From assembly GCA_030587475.2 (NCBI GenBank), contig JAUQYZ020000258.1:1-60919 (forward strand): a DNA stretch of 60,919 bases. The letters are read 5' to 3'. The notes under the pieces were generated by a model. The model did no database searches. It saw nothing but the letters and a program-made list of their open reading frames with translations, and had not been told where the DNA came from. The DNA is from Candidatus Sigynarchaeum calidifontis. Its GTDB lineage: Archaea > Asgardarchaeota > Lokiarchaeia > Sigyniarchaeales > Sigyniarchaeaceae. Shown piece by piece: positions 19,398 to 29,957 of this stretch (position 1 is the stretch's first letter; every line of letters begins with the position of its first letter). The position numbers and the translations under genes are program-made.

Positions 19398-21338
19398 ATG
19401 TCGAACGCGCGAGCGATCATCGAGGATCACCTCGTCGAGGGATCGGCAGAGAAAGGGAAGGACATTTCCATCAAGATCGACTACACGCTCACCCAGGACG
19501 CGACCGGAACGCTTGCATACTTGCAATTCGAGGCGCTTGGTATCCCACGCGTTCGGACAGAGAAATCGGTTTCGTTCGTGGATCACAACACCCTTCAAAC
19601 CGATTTCAAGAACGCGGACGACCACCGGTTTCTACAGTCCGTCGCAGCGAAATACGGAATCTATTTTTCACGTGCTGGCAATGGCATCTGCCACCAGGTT
19701 TTCCTGGAGCGGTTCGCCGTGCCTGGCAAGACGCTTCTCGGCTCGGACTCCCACACGCCAACGGCAGGCGGGATAGGCATGCTCTCCATCGGGGCTGGTG
19801 GCCTCGACGTCGCGTGTGCCATGGCCGGGGAGCCATTTTCGCTGAAAATGCCCGAGATCGTTGGTGTCAAGCTGGTAGGGAAACTCGCGCCGTTCGTTTC
19901 CGGGAAAGACGTGATCCTGGAAGTCTTGCGACGTCTCGACGTGAAGGGTGGCATCAACAAGATCCTTGAGTATTTCGGTGATGGAGTCAAGTCGCTATCC
20001 GTTCCTGAACGGGCCACGATAACCAACATGGGCGCGGAAACCGGTGCCACGACATCTATCTTCCCATCGGATGACGTGACAAAGGCATACCTGGCAATGC
20101 AACAGCGGCCCGGCAGCTGGATTTCCTTGCCCGCGGCAACAAGCGAGAAGGATTTCGACCGCGTGATCGACATCGACCTTGCTACTATCGTGCCACTTGT
20201 CGCGAAACCGCACAGCCCGGGGAACGTGGTGCCAGTGACCGAGGTCGAGGGAACACCGCTTGATCAGATAGCCATCGGCTCGTGCACGAACTCGTCGATC
20301 AAGGACTTGACTGTTGCAGCGTCGATCCTCCATGGAAAGACAATTGCACCGGGGGTGAGCCTTGGTATCAGCCCGGGATCCCGACAGGTTCTGATGCAAA
20401 TCGTTAAAAATGGAGCGCTGCATGCGCTCATGCAAAGTGGCGCACGGATCTTGGAGTCGGCATGTGGACCATGTATTGGAATGGGGTTCGCCCCGCCTTC
20501 AGGGGGAATTTGCCTCCGAACGTTCAACCGGAACTTCCAAGGCCGATCCGGCACGGAGGACGCGCAAGTCTACCTGGCAAGCCCCGAGGTCGCAGCAGCA
20601 TCGGCACTCGTGGGGAAGATCGCGGATCCCCGCAAGCTCGCGGGCATCAAGATGTTGCCAATCCCCGAAAAACTGGACATCGATGATGGAATGATCATTC
20701 CACCGCTGGCCGAGGGGAAGGACATCAAAGTTATCTATGGGCCGAACATAAAGCCGGTGCCAATGGCACCCCCCATGCCAGACGATCTCAGGATTATGGT
20801 CGCTCTCAAGGTGGGGGATAACATCACGACCGATCATATTATGCCCGCTGGCGCTGAACTCTTGCCGCTTCGTAGCAATATTCCCGAGATCGCCAAGCAT
20901 GTTTTCGAGCGCGTGGACAAGACCTTCGCGGAGCGCGCGATCAAGGAAAAAGGCGGGACGGCTGTCGTCGGTGGGGTTAATTACGGCCAGGGATCATCGC
21001 GAGAGCACGCGGCCATTGCCCCCATGTACCTTGGCGTGCGGGTCTTGCTCGTCAAATCATTCGCGCGCATCCACGAGGCCAATCTCGTCAATTCCGGCAT
21101 CATCCCCTTCGAGTTTGCGGATGAAAAGCAAATGGATGCGATGGAAATTGGAGACATGCTCGAGTTCCGTGGCATTCGCAAGTATTTCGAGAACGGTGGC
21201 AAGGGTCAATTCCTGGCGAGGAACGCGTCGAAAAATCTGGACTTTTATGTTAAACACCATCTTTCTCCCCGCTCCATCCAGATCCTGCTCGCGGGTGGCC
21301 TCTTGAACCTGATCCGGCAGAAGCTGGCGAAAAAATAA
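19398..21338 (+). CDS. Aconitate hydratase (single-chain, about 650 aa type)
   Basis: QDATG, DHN, GICHQ, GSDSHT, IGSCTN, CGPCIG, FNRNF, TTDHI, GQGSSREHA. Confidence 0.92.
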   Translation: MSNARAIIEDHLVEGSAEKGKDISIKIDYTLTQDATGTLAYLQFEALGIPRVRTEKSVSFVDHNTLQTDFKNADDHRFLQSVAAKYGIYFSRAGNGICHQVFLERFAVPGKTLLGSDSHTPTAGGIGMLSIGAGGLDVACAMAGEPFSLKMPEIVGVKLVGKLAPFVSGKDVILEVLRRLDVKGGINKILEYFGDGVKSLSVPERATITNMGAETGATTSIFPSDDVTKAYLAMQQRPGSWISLPAATSEKDFDRVIDIDLATIVPLVAKPHSPGNVVPVTEVEGTPLDQIAIGSCTNSSIKDLTVAASILHGKTIAPGVSLGISPGSRQVLMQIVKNGALHALMQSGARILESACGPCIGMGFAPPSGGICLRTFNRNFQGRSGTEDAQVYLASPEVAAASALVGKIADPRKLAGIKMLPIPEKLDIDDGMIIPPLAEGKDIKVIYGPNIKPVPMAPPMPDDLRIMVALKVGDNITTDHIMPAGAELLPLRSNIPEIAKHVFERVDKTFAERAIKEKGGTAVVGGVNYGQGSSREHAAIAPMYLGVRVLLVKSFARIHEANLVNSGIIPFEFADEKQMDAMEIGDMLEFRGIRKYFENGGKGQFLARNASKNLDFYVKHHLSPRSIQILLAGGLLNLIRQKLAKK

Positions 21339-21409
21339 ACAACGGCCATTTTCAATCCCCTCCTTTATCATCAAAAAGATTTTTTACCGCGTTGGGTGAT
21401 CCATCGCTC

Positions 21410-22585
21410 ATGGACGGCGAATTCAGGCCTTTCACCTTCCGGTCACCTCGTATCGTGTTCAAGCGGAACGCGTGGAAGGATATTCCCAAGATTTGCGAGG
21501 AATACGGCAACCAGGGCATGATCGTTACCGGATCGACGGTCATATCAAAATCGGGCGTGTATCCCGCGCTGATGGACGCGTTTAAAGCACAAAAGATCGT
21601 CGTGAAGGAGATCGTCCGCGAGGGGGGCGAACCAACGGTTCGAGAGGCCGATACCCTTGCAAGCGAGGCACGCAAGGAGAAAACCGACTGGATCCTCGGC
21701 ATCGGCGGTGGTAGCTCCCTGGACTTGGCAAAGGCGGCAGCGGGTCTCGCAAAAAACGAGGGTTCTGCAGCCGTGTATCAAGAAGGCAAGGATCTTGCCA
21801 ATGAAGGTATCCCCTTCATTGCAGTCCCGACCACTGCAGGTACGGGCTCGGATATCACGAACAATGCAGTTCTCATCAACGAGCAAAAGCAAGTCAAGCT
21901 GAGCATCCGCGGGGACAAGATGATCGCCCGCGTCGCCGTGCTCGACCCCGTGCTTTCCCGGTCGATGACACCGCAAGTTACCGCGTACACGGGGCTCGAT
22001 GCTTTGACCCAGGCGATCGAAGCATACGTGTCGAAGGCATGCAACCCGATGACCGACCTGCTCGCGGAAAGGGCTATCGAGGTTATCTGGGGCTCTTTAT
22101 TTAATGCTTTCACGAACGGGAACGATCTAAATGCACGGGAACAGATGCTCTACGGGAGCTTGCTCAGTGCCCTTGCATTCTCGAATGCCAAGCTCGGCGC
22201 GGTGCACGGCTTCGCGCATCCCATCGGGGCGCTGCACGGGATACCTCACGGGCTCATATGCGGGGTCCTCCTGCCCCACGTGATGCGATTCAACCTGGCC
22301 GGTAATATCTACGAAGTAACGAGGAAATACGGGTGGATCGGTCGCAAGATGATAGGAAAGGGGGCCCGCGAATCGTTAACCGATATGGAGCTTGCCAACA
22401 CGGCCATCAAGTGCATTATCGACTTGCTGGAAAGCATGCGTCTCCCAACACGTCTGTCCGGCTTGGGACTGAAAGAAGAGGATTTCCCGGCGGTTCTCGA
22501 CGATACCAAGGGAAGTTCGCTCCAAAATAACCCGCGGGAGACGAGTAGGGACCTGCTCGAGAATGTCTTGAAAGGGGCCTTGTGA
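21410..22585 (+). CDS. Iron-containing alcohol dehydrogenase
   Basis: GGGSSLD, PTTAGTGS, DALTQAIE, H..AH, PHG. Confidence 0.92.
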   Translation: MDGEFRPFTFRSPRIVFKRNAWKDIPKICEEYGNQGMIVTGSTVISKSGVYPALMDAFKAQKIVVKEIVREGGEPTVREADTLASEARKEKTDWILGIGGGSSLDLAKAAAGLAKNEGSAAVYQEGKDLANEGIPFIAVPTTAGTGSDITNNAVLINEQKQVKLSIRGDKMIARVAVLDPVLSRSMTPQVTAYTGLDALTQAIEAYVSKACNPMTDLLAERAIEVIWGSLFNAFTNGNDLNAREQMLYGSLLSALAFSNAKLGAVHGFAHPIGALHGIPHGLICGVLLPHVMRFNLAGNIYEVTRKYGWIGRKMIGKGARESLTDMELANTAIKCIIDLLESMRLPTRLSGLGLKEEDFPAVLDDTKGSSLQNNPRETSRDLLENVLKGAL

Positions 22586-22728
22586 GCCGCCTTTAGGGGC
22601 GGTAACGCTCCCACAGCTTTTATACTATCCCCATCCACTAGATTTGATTAAGCACGTCTTTGATCGAAACACAATCGTTTTATCTGTCAAAGCGAGAATC
22701 ACATCGATAAAAGGGAATTCTGAGCATC

Positions 22729-23070
22729 ATGAAAAAAGTAACCGAGAAGGACCTGAAGTTTCGAAATCCAGATGGTTCCGGACCGAAGTACATGATTCGA
22801 GGCCCGTCCATCGACTGGGGCGTGTTCGTTCTCAAGCCCGGGCAGAAGATGGGTGTCCACGGCCATCTCAACACGGAGGAAACTTTTTATTTCGTCGCGG
22901 GTTCGGGAAAGATGATCGTGAATGACCATGAACACGATGCAAATGCTGGAGATGCTTTTCTCGTGGAAAAGCAAGAAAAACACGATATCCACAACACCGG
23001 GACGGAAGACTTGAAATTCGTGTTCATCAAGTGTCCCTACCTGCCCGATGATAAGATCGAGTACAAATAG
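22729..23070 (+). CDS. Cupin domain protein
   Basis: HGH...EETFYFVAGSG...GD....H cupin motifs. Confidence 0.88.
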   Translation: MKKVTEKDLKFRNPDGSGPKYMIRGPSIDWGVFVLKPGQKMGVHGHLNTEETFYFVAGSGKMIVNDHEHDANAGDAFLVEKQEKHDIHNTGTEDLKFVFIKCPYLPDDKIEYK

Positions 23071-23073
23071 CCC

Positions 23074-24144
23074 ATGATGCGCTCCCTTAGATTCTTTTCA
23101 ATTGCGATTCTCCTTTTTTCATCGTCTATCATCGCGATTACCGAAATGTGCAGCAAGATCGCATCGAGGGGACGCGCGGCGGGCTTAACTCTCGATGATA
23201 TTTGGATACGTGATCCAAACATCTTGTATCATAACGGGACTTATTATATGACCGGGACAACCGATCCTGGTGGTGGGTTCCTCGGCTATTCGTCTATCGA
23301 TCTCGTGACGTGGACGCCGCTCGGGCGCATTTATAACAGAAACGCGTCGAGCACGTGGGCATTGTTTGACTTCTGGGCCCCCGAGCAAGTTTACAAGGAC
23401 GGAAAGTTCTATCTATTCTTCTCCGGAAAGACAGCCACCACGAATCGCTCGACGGGCGTCGCCGTGGCGACCAGCCCAAGAGGCCCGTATATCGATCTCT
23501 GTGCAACCCCGCTCACCCCACCGGAGTGGAATTGCCTTGATGGTCATCGATTCCGCGACGACGATGGCTCCGAATATTTCATCTATTCACACGAATGGGT
23601 TGATTTCCCATCTGGGAACGGCGAGTTCTGGATCCAGCCCTTGGCGGATAACTTCACGATGCTTACAGGTAACAAGACGTTCCTTTTCCGCGGGCATGAT
23701 GCATCCTGGTCGGGCGGCGTGACCGATGGTCCTTCCATGCTCAAATACGATGGGATGTACTATTTGTTCTGGTCTACATCGAAAGGAGACTATCGCTGCG
23801 GGTACGCAATCGCACAGCACGTGCTCGGGCCTTATACGCAATCGTTGAACCCGACCATCGTGAACGACGGCGGCCATTCTACCTGGTTCAGGCGGGGCGG
23901 GACAGGAGAGCTGCTCATCACCTACCACCAGCCAAACGCTGGTGGAAAAGAACGCGCTCGCATCGACCACCTTTGCCTTTCGGCACAACAATGGATCTTG
24001 TGCCGGTGTCTTGGCATATCCGTCGACACCTGGCCTTCGTTCCTTCCGCTTGCCCTGCTTTGCGTGGCTGGTGTATTAATAACACGCCAGCACGTCGTGA
24101 ATCCCAAGAAACGAGGTACATTTACATTGAACCACAGCAATTAA
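23074..24144 (+). CDS. Glycoside hydrolase family 43 with N-terminal signal and C-terminal membrane anchor
   Basis: IRDP, WAPE, CLDG, DGP, DGGH; hydrophobic termini. Confidence 0.85.
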   Translation: MMRSLRFFSIAILLFSSSIIAITEMCSKIASRGRAAGLTLDDIWIRDPNILYHNGTYYMTGTTDPGGGFLGYSSIDLVTWTPLGRIYNRNASSTWALFDFWAPEQVYKDGKFYLFFSGKTATTNRSTGVAVATSPRGPYIDLCATPLTPPEWNCLDGHRFRDDDGSEYFIYSHEWVDFPSGNGEFWIQPLADNFTMLTGNKTFLFRGHDASWSGGVTDGPSMLKYDGMYYLFWSTSKGDYRCGYAIAQHVLGPYTQSLNPTIVNDGGHSTWFRRGGTGELLITYHQPNAGGKERARIDHLCLSAQQWILCRCLGISVDTWPSFLPLALLCVAGVLITRQHVVNPKKRGTFTLNHSN

Positions 24145-24173
24145 TGCTTTGTCGGGCAAGTAAAAAGCATACA

Positions 24174-26081
24174 ATGAGTATCCTTACACGCAAGAAAATT
24201 CCCCAAAAAGGTACCGCCGAAGCTTCTTGGAACGCAATTGGCTACCACAGAGCGTTAGGGCAGTTTTGGTGGAATTACGTGCTCACGGTATTCATGGCAG
24301 TCGTTGCTCTCTTGTTTTTTTCCGTGCTCATTCCGAACTTCTTGTTACCGTTTCCGGAGGTGTTTGGTTTTTATGGCGTCGTCACGGGATTGTTCAACCT
24401 GCTCTTCACGGTCTTGAACGCGGGCACGGGGGACGTGGTGACCCGGTATGTCAGCGAACACTCGGTGGACAACCCGCGCAAGTGTCTTGAGTACATAAGG
24501 TTCTTTATATGGTTTCAGATGGTTTCAGGCTTGTTTCAAGTCACCGGCATAGCTATATTTGCTCTATACTTCATGCCTTTGAACTTGGAGTATCTGAAAT
24601 GGATATTCATCATCTACGCCACGGTCCAGTATCCTGGCATGCTCACGGTCTACCAAGGGTGTCTTAACGGCTTTTCTCGGTTCGACAAGACCAACAAGCT
24701 CTCGATCTTGCAAGCGGCCATCATCCAGCCCGGCATCCTTGTCGCTTGCGTGCTGGTCTTCAAGGCGATCGGTGCCGCGTTTCCCGCGTATGGCGAAATG
24801 ATGGGGGCGCTGATCGGGTACGTGATCGGCAATTACCTCGACGACTTCATCACCTTCTCCATATCCGCCCGCATGTTCAAGCCAGTGCTTGAAAAGATCG
24901 GTTACACGATATATGATACCTTGAAGCCATCCGTGTCGCGCGAAGTAATCCGAAACTCGCTAGTGTTTGGCACCAAGATCATGGGCTCCGGCATGCTCTA
25001 TGAGCTCGTTGCGTTCATCGTGAACATCATGATCATCGCCTGGATACCGCAATATGGCACCATTCTTGGCGTGTACGGCATCGCCAAGAGCATCTGCGAC
25101 ATCGGGCTCATCCAGCTCCCCATGACGCCCGTGCTGTCCGAGGCATATAACCACAAGAAATACGCTGCGTACAACTATGGCATCAGCATGCAGTTCAAGT
25201 ACATCGGGCTCATCCCCGGCTTCCTGTTCACCGAGATCGGCATGCTCTTGCCGGTCGTGCTCCACGCGATCATCGGCGGGAACTATGCCATCGCCGCATA
25301 CATCATCCCCGTGCTGTTGCCCGTAAGGTTGAATGCAATATGGTGCCGGTTTCTCGACCAGGTGCAAGTGGGCGCGAGCAAGCCGGATCATTTCGTGGTG
25401 ACCCGCATCGTGGAACAAGCCACGCGTCTCGTGGCTCACTTCGTGCTGCTCAGCCCGGCCCTGCTCCCGAGTGTCCTCCCGTCGCACGTGGAACTGAATT
25501 TCCTCGGAGGAACGGCTCAACCCATCCCGATATTTTTCGTCGTGTACGCGTACTGCGATTTTCCAGGCATGATCGTTAAAACCTTCTTCGGCTTCACGCT
25601 CGCCGATCGAAAGATCTTGCGGCCCGCTGGACAAAGGCTACGCATTCCCTGGTGGCAAATGTTCGGGGCCATGGGCATTGTGGTCGCTTCTATGATCCTG
25701 GTCAACGGGTCGCTGGTCATCTTGTTCAACTGGGCTCGGGGCATCGATGTAATCTACGGATACGTGCTCGCGGGGCTTTACTTGCTCTTCATCCTCTTCG
25801 GGGCACCGTTCGTCATGTTTTTCATTTACTCCCTGGTCGGCGGGTGGGATGATTATGGCCTTTTCATTTTCAAGGAAACTGTCGTTTTGAGCGGGCCATC
25901 GAGGTTCTTAGTCGATAAGCTTTACAAGATCAGCAAGTGGGGGCACGACCACTCGCCCCTCAAGAACAAATTTCCCATCCATCACGAGGACGCGGCGCGC
26001 GAGCTAGCCGAGTTGAACGAGATCAAGAAACGCACCTACGAGCAATTAACAACATATGGGAAAAGTATCGGGAAAAAATGA
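24174..26081 (+). CDS. MATE/MOP-family flippase-like membrane protein
   Basis: 12-14 hydrophobic helices, GT..VVTRYVSE pattern; start MSILT at 24174. Confidence 0.7.
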   Translation: MSILTRKKIPQKGTAEASWNAIGYHRALGQFWWNYVLTVFMAVVALLFFSVLIPNFLLPFPEVFGFYGVVTGLFNLLFTVLNAGTGDVVTRYVSEHSVDNPRKCLEYIRFFIWFQMVSGLFQVTGIAIFALYFMPLNLEYLKWIFIIYATVQYPGMLTVYQGCLNGFSRFDKTNKLSILQAAIIQPGILVACVLVFKAIGAAFPAYGEMMGALIGYVIGNYLDDFITFSISARMFKPVLEKIGYTIYDTLKPSVSREVIRNSLVFGTKIMGSGMLYELVAFIVNIMIIAWIPQYGTILGVYGIAKSICDIGLIQLPMTPVLSEAYNHKKYAAYNYGISMQFKYIGLIPGFLFTEIGMLLPVVLHAIIGGNYAIAAYIIPVLLPVRLNAIWCRFLDQVQVGASKPDHFVVTRIVEQATRLVAHFVLLSPALLPSVLPSHVELNFLGGTAQPIPIFFVVYAYCDFPGMIVKTFFGFTLADRKILRPAGQRLRIPWWQMFGAMGIVVASMILVNGSLVILFNWARGIDVIYGYVLAGLYLLFILFGAPFVMFFIYSLVGGWDDYGLFIFKETVVLSGPSRFLVDKLYKISKWGHDHSPLKNKFPIHHEDAARELAELNEIKKRTYEQLTTYGKSIGKK

Positions 26082-26088
26082 CCTTTTT

Positions 26089-28662
26089 TCATTTCTGGAT
26101 GGCGAGAACTTGATCCTTGCCCAGTCTCACTGGTTTTTTCAAATTACCTTTTCCCTCTGCATTAAAATCAACGATTTGCACGAGCTCCGGTCCAGAAACA
26201 TTCACGCCTGCCGCATTTGACAACATGGGAAGCTTCAGCTCGTTCAGGATGATATCGCCGTACAAGATCATGATCTCAACCCTCATCATTGCCGTGTTCT
26301 GATGATAGGTGCCCCACACGCCGTCGAGAGACCAAAAACAGCGGAAATTATTTTCGTGAATGCGTGGATTGAAGCCTAAAAAGCCTTTTCCTTTGTCATA
26401 TTCGAACCCGGATAGCGCGATGAGCAACCCGTAGGATGCCATCGACCTGGCATAGTGGTGGCCGCACTCGAACTCGTCCCAGGGGTTGCGGCCCCAGCCG
26501 TCGTACCGGTCGCGGATGCTACGTGCCACGCAAAGCCCTTCCTCGAGCAAGCCCTCGATGATGCAGTGGACGGCGAACTGGTACTCGAAGCCGTTCATGA
26601 CCTCGTCGGCGTACGGGAACATGATGTCGGGGCGGCCTCCCTTCGGCCACGTGCAGATGATCGTGGCAGCCTCGTCGTTCACCGCGTACAATCGCGCCCC
26701 GTTCTCGTGTTCTCGCATGTTCGGTTTCCAGTTGTACTTGAAAATTGACCCGAGGGCCATTTTCACGTGATCCGGATCGAGGAACGTGGGAAGCCCCGCG
26801 ATGCGGGCGATCTCCTGGCCGACCAGTTGATCGATGAGGCACCCGGGACCGACCTGGTACTCCTTTGCCACGCTCGCATCGAGGCGCTGGATGTAAAATT
26901 CCCCGTTCCAGAGATTCTCGTCGACCCATTTCCTGCCGCGATCGTGGATGGCAAGGTATTCGGCAGCGGATTTCTCGTCCCCGTTTGCCCTTGCCATCTC
27001 GGCCCCGGCGAGCAACGCGCCAAGATAATAGCACGTGAGCATGGGGTTCGGGCCATGGAAGTCGACATCGTACGTGTTGTGCTGCCAGCCGTCGAGGTAA
27101 CCCCTTTTGTGCTCGTCCCAGTCCTCGAAAGCAAAGTCAAGCGCCCGCTTCACGAAGGGCCAGTTTCCTTTCAACCACTTGTCATCCCCACAGATCTTCC
27201 ATTCCCGGTAGACGTGCATGATCCCGCCAAGTTGCCCGTCCGCGCAAGGCTTTATCCAGGTGTACCCGCTGCCGAGCGGGAGCTGGATGCGGAAGTTCAG
27301 CGCGCCGACCTCGGGAACGATGAAATTGAACTTGTAGTTTGCATCGTGCATGCTCCTCTCCAGCGACGGGAACAAGAACGGCAAGGCTTGCTGGTAGCCC
27401 CACACGTGCGTGCACGAGCCCTCGCAACAGCCGGTCGAGCAATTGCACCCTTCCCAGCCATAGAACGTGCCGTCCTCGTATCGCAGGCACGTTGCAGTTT
27501 TTAAAATTGCCATGTTGGCCGAAATCGCGTCGAGCACGTAAGGCGGGAGGGACGAGCCGAAGAGGGCATCGTGAAAGCGCTTGGTTTGCTCGTGGAGCAT
27601 GGATTCTTGCAATGCAAGCTTGCACGCAACATCGAATGCGTCCTCGAAGCGAGTTGCATAGTGGTTTTTCCACCTTGGCTTTCCGTCCGTGTTTTCTGGA
27701 TCCAAGCCACCCTGCCAATATTTCACGAAATTGGGGAAATGCCACGTGATGTAGAACGTGAAAGTCTCCGTTTTTCCTCGCTCGATCACCTTCTCGATGG
27801 ACAAGGCACCTGCTTCTGGCGTGGTCGAAACGTAGGCGGGTTCACTAGGAACCTTCCCAGTAGCCTTGAAGGTATTCCAGAGCGCGTAGTGGGCGTTGAA
27901 CCAAGCGATACGCTTCCACGAGGGGCTCATGGATGCGCCGGCATCCGGCGTCGTCAAGGCCATGGTCCCGAATCGCGCGTGGTTCTCGGGCCAGGCATCG
28001 TTGCCGAAGAGGATGCCACGGACTTTCCCCTCCTCGAGCACGTAATTATGAAACTGCCCCCTGGGTTGGAACCCGTTGACATGCCGCATTTTCAAGGACT
28101 CTTCCGGCGTCACGCCGGCAATGTTGAGCATCGTCCAAGCGATCGAAACGTTGACCGGCGATTCACCCTTGTTCGTGACGTGGTATTTCAAGATCGCCGC
28201 TGGGAAGCCGGAGACGTCCGGCTCGGACGGGATGAACGGGTTGTAGGCCTCGAGGGTGATGTCCAGCGGCATCGCGGCCGACTTGAAATCGATCCACGCG
28301 AACGGATATTTCCCCCGGAATTGGCAGTCATCCATGTGCGGGAATCCTTCGCCGTTGGCGTGGAACAAGCCACCATCCACGGGCGTGTACGGCCGAGGGA
28401 CAGGGCCTTCGAGGACCCGGCAAACTGGCTCCTTCCCTTGTTGCTTGCAGCGGATCAACGCGAACGTTTTCGGGAACTTGCTGCCCATGTTCGGCCGGTT
28501 CTGGATCTCGAAATCCTGGAGCGTGCCCCGGCCGCTCAAGCTGATCGAGCCCGTGCCGATTCCACCCAATGGAAAGGAAATCTGGTCGAGATACTTGTCC
28601 CGGTAGACGCGCTGGGGGCCAAGGGCGAAAAGATCATCGTGCGAGTATTTGTTTTGCTTCAT
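26089..28662 (-). CDS. GH116 beta-glucosidase / non-lysosomal glucosylceramidase family
   Basis: FPLGGIGTG, YNPFIP, YGWEG, HNTYD, CLIDQLVGQ, YARSMASY. Confidence 0.9.
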   Translation of the reverse strand: MKQNKYSHDDLFALGPQRVYRDKYLDQISFPLGGIGTGSISLSGRGTLQDFEIQNRPNMGSKFPKTFALIRCKQQGKEPVCRVLEGPVPRPYTPVDGGLFHANGEGFPHMDDCQFRGKYPFAWIDFKSAAMPLDITLEAYNPFIPSEPDVSGFPAAILKYHVTNKGESPVNVSIAWTMLNIAGVTPEESLKMRHVNGFQPRGQFHNYVLEEGKVRGILFGNDAWPENHARFGTMALTTPDAGASMSPSWKRIAWFNAHYALWNTFKATGKVPSEPAYVSTTPEAGALSIEKVIERGKTETFTFYITWHFPNFVKYWQGGLDPENTDGKPRWKNHYATRFEDAFDVACKLALQESMLHEQTKRFHDALFGSSLPPYVLDAISANMAILKTATCLRYEDGTFYGWEGCNCSTGCCEGSCTHVWGYQQALPFLFPSLERSMHDANYKFNFIVPEVGALNFRIQLPLGSGYTWIKPCADGQLGGIMHVYREWKICGDDKWLKGNWPFVKRALDFAFEDWDEHKRGYLDGWQHNTYDVDFHGPNPMLTCYYLGALLAGAEMARANGDEKSAAEYLAIHDRGRKWVDENLWNGEFYIQRLDASVAKEYQVGPGCLIDQLVGQEIARIAGLPTFLDPDHVKMALGSIFKYNWKPNMREHENGARLYAVNDEAATIICTWPKGGRPDIMFPYADEVMNGFEYQFAVHCIIEGLLEEGLCVARSIRDRYDGWGRNPWDEFECGHHYARSMASYGLLIALSGFEYDKGKGFLGFNPRIHENNFRCFWSLDGVWGTYHQNTAMMRVEIMILYGDIILNELKLPMLSNAAGVNVSGPELVQIVDFNAEGKGNLKKPVRLGKDQVLAIQK

Positions 28663-28746
28663 GGTATGCACGGATGCAGCTCGGGAAAAATTAAGCATTG
28701 TGCCAGGTCGATTCCATGCTACCATTCGAGCGGGTTTAAGCGTGCA

Positions 28747-29850
28747 TCATGGGATGATCTCGGCGCCGTTGTATTGAAAATAGTCGAACTGAGATGGCGA
28801 AAGTATCCCGCTGGCGATCATGGCCCGGATCTTCGGTAATATACCCTGTACGGCATTGACGATGTACCGGATGCTCTCGCACACCTTTGCATACCCGTCC
28901 TCGCCCCACGGCTTGAGCTTGTTGGCATAGAGGCAGCGCCCCCCGCATATCGAGAATATGTCACATGACGGGCACGGGTCGGTGACGTCCATGGTCTTCT
29001 TGAGGTCGTCTGGTGTGTTCTCTTGTATCGTGCCCATCTGGAACATGCGATAGAAGTCCGAGGAGACCGGACACGCCGTTATCTTGCCGTCCGTGCAAAT
29101 GTTGAAGTACTGGTGGCCGCAACCGCAATGGAGCTTGGCCGGCACGCCCGAAAGCATCGTTCTCACGAGCCCGTTGAACGGGTAGACCAGCCTGACCTCG
29201 TGTTCTCGCTCGATGTTCGCTATCCAGTCAGCCAGCAGGTGCTCGATGCCAGGATAGTAGGAACCGGTTAGCCAGCCATCGAGGTCTTTCCATTCCTCCC
29301 GGTCGTCGAACATGAAATTGTTTTGCCAGTGCACGCCGTCGAAGAGAGGTTTCCCGCCGTCGTCTTTCAGCCCGAGCAAGTAGGAAACGTCCCGGTAGAG
29401 ATCGGAATGCTCCGACACGCACATGCGCGCGGTGATCTCTTTCGTATATCCCTTGCGGCGCAGCAGCCGAGCGTTTCCGACCACCTTGTCGTGGGTCCCG
29501 GTGCCCCGGTAGTAGTCCGTCGTGCCCGCTGGACCATCGATAGATAGCAAGATGCAATCCAGCATTTGCAAGTACTTGTCCTTGAGCTTGTCAAGCAAGA
29601 TGCCGTTGGTCTGGAGAACGAACTTCTTCACGGGGATCTCGTCCATGATACGCTCGATGTATTCCATGCCCACGAGCGGCTCGCCCCCGTAGAACCCGAT
29701 CATCGCGTCCGGATCCTTGGCGATAAATTGCTTGAGCGTCTCGATGTCGTAAGCGATGCGGCGCGGGAACGGCGGGTTTGCCTCGTTGTTCCGGCAGTAC
29801 AAGCAATGACCGAGGTTGCAATCGTGAGTCGTGACGATGTTGAAGAGCAC
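28747..29850 (-). CDS. Radical SAM/SPASM enzyme (archaeal AF0577-like, putative peptide-modifying)
   Basis: CNLGHCLYC cluster motif, FYGGEP, QTNG, SIDG, YYRG; SPASM cysteines CGCG...ACP...CPSC...CGGRC; ends EIIP. Confidence 0.85.
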   Translation of the reverse strand: MLFNIVTTHDCNLGHCLYCRNNEANPPFPRRIAYDIETLKQFIAKDPDAMIGFYGGEPLVGMEYIERIMDEIPVKKFVLQTNGILLDKLKDKYLQMLDCILLSIDGPAGTTDYYRGTGTHDKVVGNARLLRRKGYTKEITARMCVSEHSDLYRDVSYLLGLKDDGGKPLFDGVHWQNNFMFDDREEWKDLDGWLTGSYYPGIEHLLADWIANIEREHEVRLVYPFNGLVRTMLSGVPAKLHCGCGHQYFNICTDGKITACPVSSDFYRMFQMGTIQENTPDDLKKTMDVTDPCPSCDIFSICGGRCLYANKLKPWGEDGYAKVCESIRYIVNAVQGILPKIRAMIASGILSPSQFDYFQYNGAEIIP

Positions 29851-29872
29851 GATCGGGAAAGTCGCGAGGGGG

Positions 29873-29879
29873 CTATAAA
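29873..29879 (-). promoter_or_regulatory. TATA-like box for the radical SAM gene (probably leaderless)
   Basis: TTTATAG on the minus strand about 23 nt upstream of the GTG start. Confidence 0.45.
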
Positions 29880-29957
29880 CGTGCGCACGTTAACATGGAA
29901 GCGGTTCCTTGCAAAACCGCGGCTAAATCGAGAGAAAAAGGAATTCTTTCCCGGCAA

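Noticed and set aside
27571-28839. 422-aa plus-strand ORF
   Set aside because: Antisense shadow of the GH116 gene with no motifs; expected from codon bias.
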